Under the pieces are notes generated by a model. The model did not search any database. It was not told the DNA's origin and saw nothing but the letters and a program-made list of their open reading frames with translations. A DNA stretch of 64,000 nt, taken from assembly GCF_964355755.1 (NCBI RefSeq), contig NC_092676.1, positions 8,595,888-8,659,887 on the forward strand. The letters are read 5' to 3'. Each line of letters opens with the position of its first letter. The first letter of the stretch is position 1. The translations under genes were made by a program, and so were the position numbers. This document shows, piece after piece, positions 63,645-64,000 of this stretch. The stretch is from Antedon mediterranea. Taxonomy: Eukaryota; Animalia; Echinodermata.

Positions 63645-64000
63645 TGGTACCAAAATAGTACATCCAGGTGCCCATATTTGACATCCAGGTGTGCTGGTCT
63701 AGTAGGCGCTGCACTGCGGGTTGCCGTGGGTCCGTGGAGGGCCTAATCTAAATTTCCTCAGTTTCCAGTTAAGCTTGAGGACTAATAAATACATTGAAAG
63801 TTTTAACATACATACATCTAGGTGCCCAAATTTGACATCAAGGTGCCCAAATTTGACATTCAGCTACTCAAATATTACTTCTAGGCGCATATATACATTC
63901 ATAATTTGACATCCATGTACTCACATATATTACTTACATGTAATTACATCCAGGTACGCAAATGTTATATCCAGATACTCAACGTTCATGTTCCCAAATG
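63645..64000. repeat. Degenerate ~21-bp repeat (GACATCCAGGTGCCCAAATTT)
   Basis: Several diverged units at 63659-63692 and 63813-63980. Confidence 0.6.

Overview
AT-rich animal genomic DNA with GT-AG spliced genes and dense MITE/minisatellite content; a marine invertebrate is likely (possibly an echinoderm, inference only). It is not prokaryotic and has no CRISPR or rRNA. Six genes were reconstructed by hand: (1) the 3' part of an LDLa-TM-PPxY receptor gene (LDLRAD3-like); (2,3) two tandem paralogous small receptors built as signal peptide / 2xEGF / TM+tail; (4) a complete 12-exon ACC-synthase-like PLP enzyme gene on the minus strand; (5) an intronless divergent cyclin head-to-head with it; (6) the first two exons of a secreted or membrane protein gene. 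Mobile DNA includes a truncated RTE-X-like LINE, tRNA-derived SINEs, Penelope-like remnants with a minimal hammerhead motif, and non-autonomous PIF/Harbinger-, Kolobok-, hAT5-, Academ- and Tc1/pogo-like elements. The most interesting signal is a layer of apparent transposon excision scars. Four 20-36 bp CA...TG palindromes with 7-bp target duplications resemble P-element footprints, and one supplies the first in-frame ATG of the ACCS-like ORF. TA>TAGGCCTA and TA>TACAGTA micro-insertions are demonstrable inside repeats, and the TAGGCCTA motif also occurs in frame in coding sequence. All coordinates were counted manually and no searches were run.
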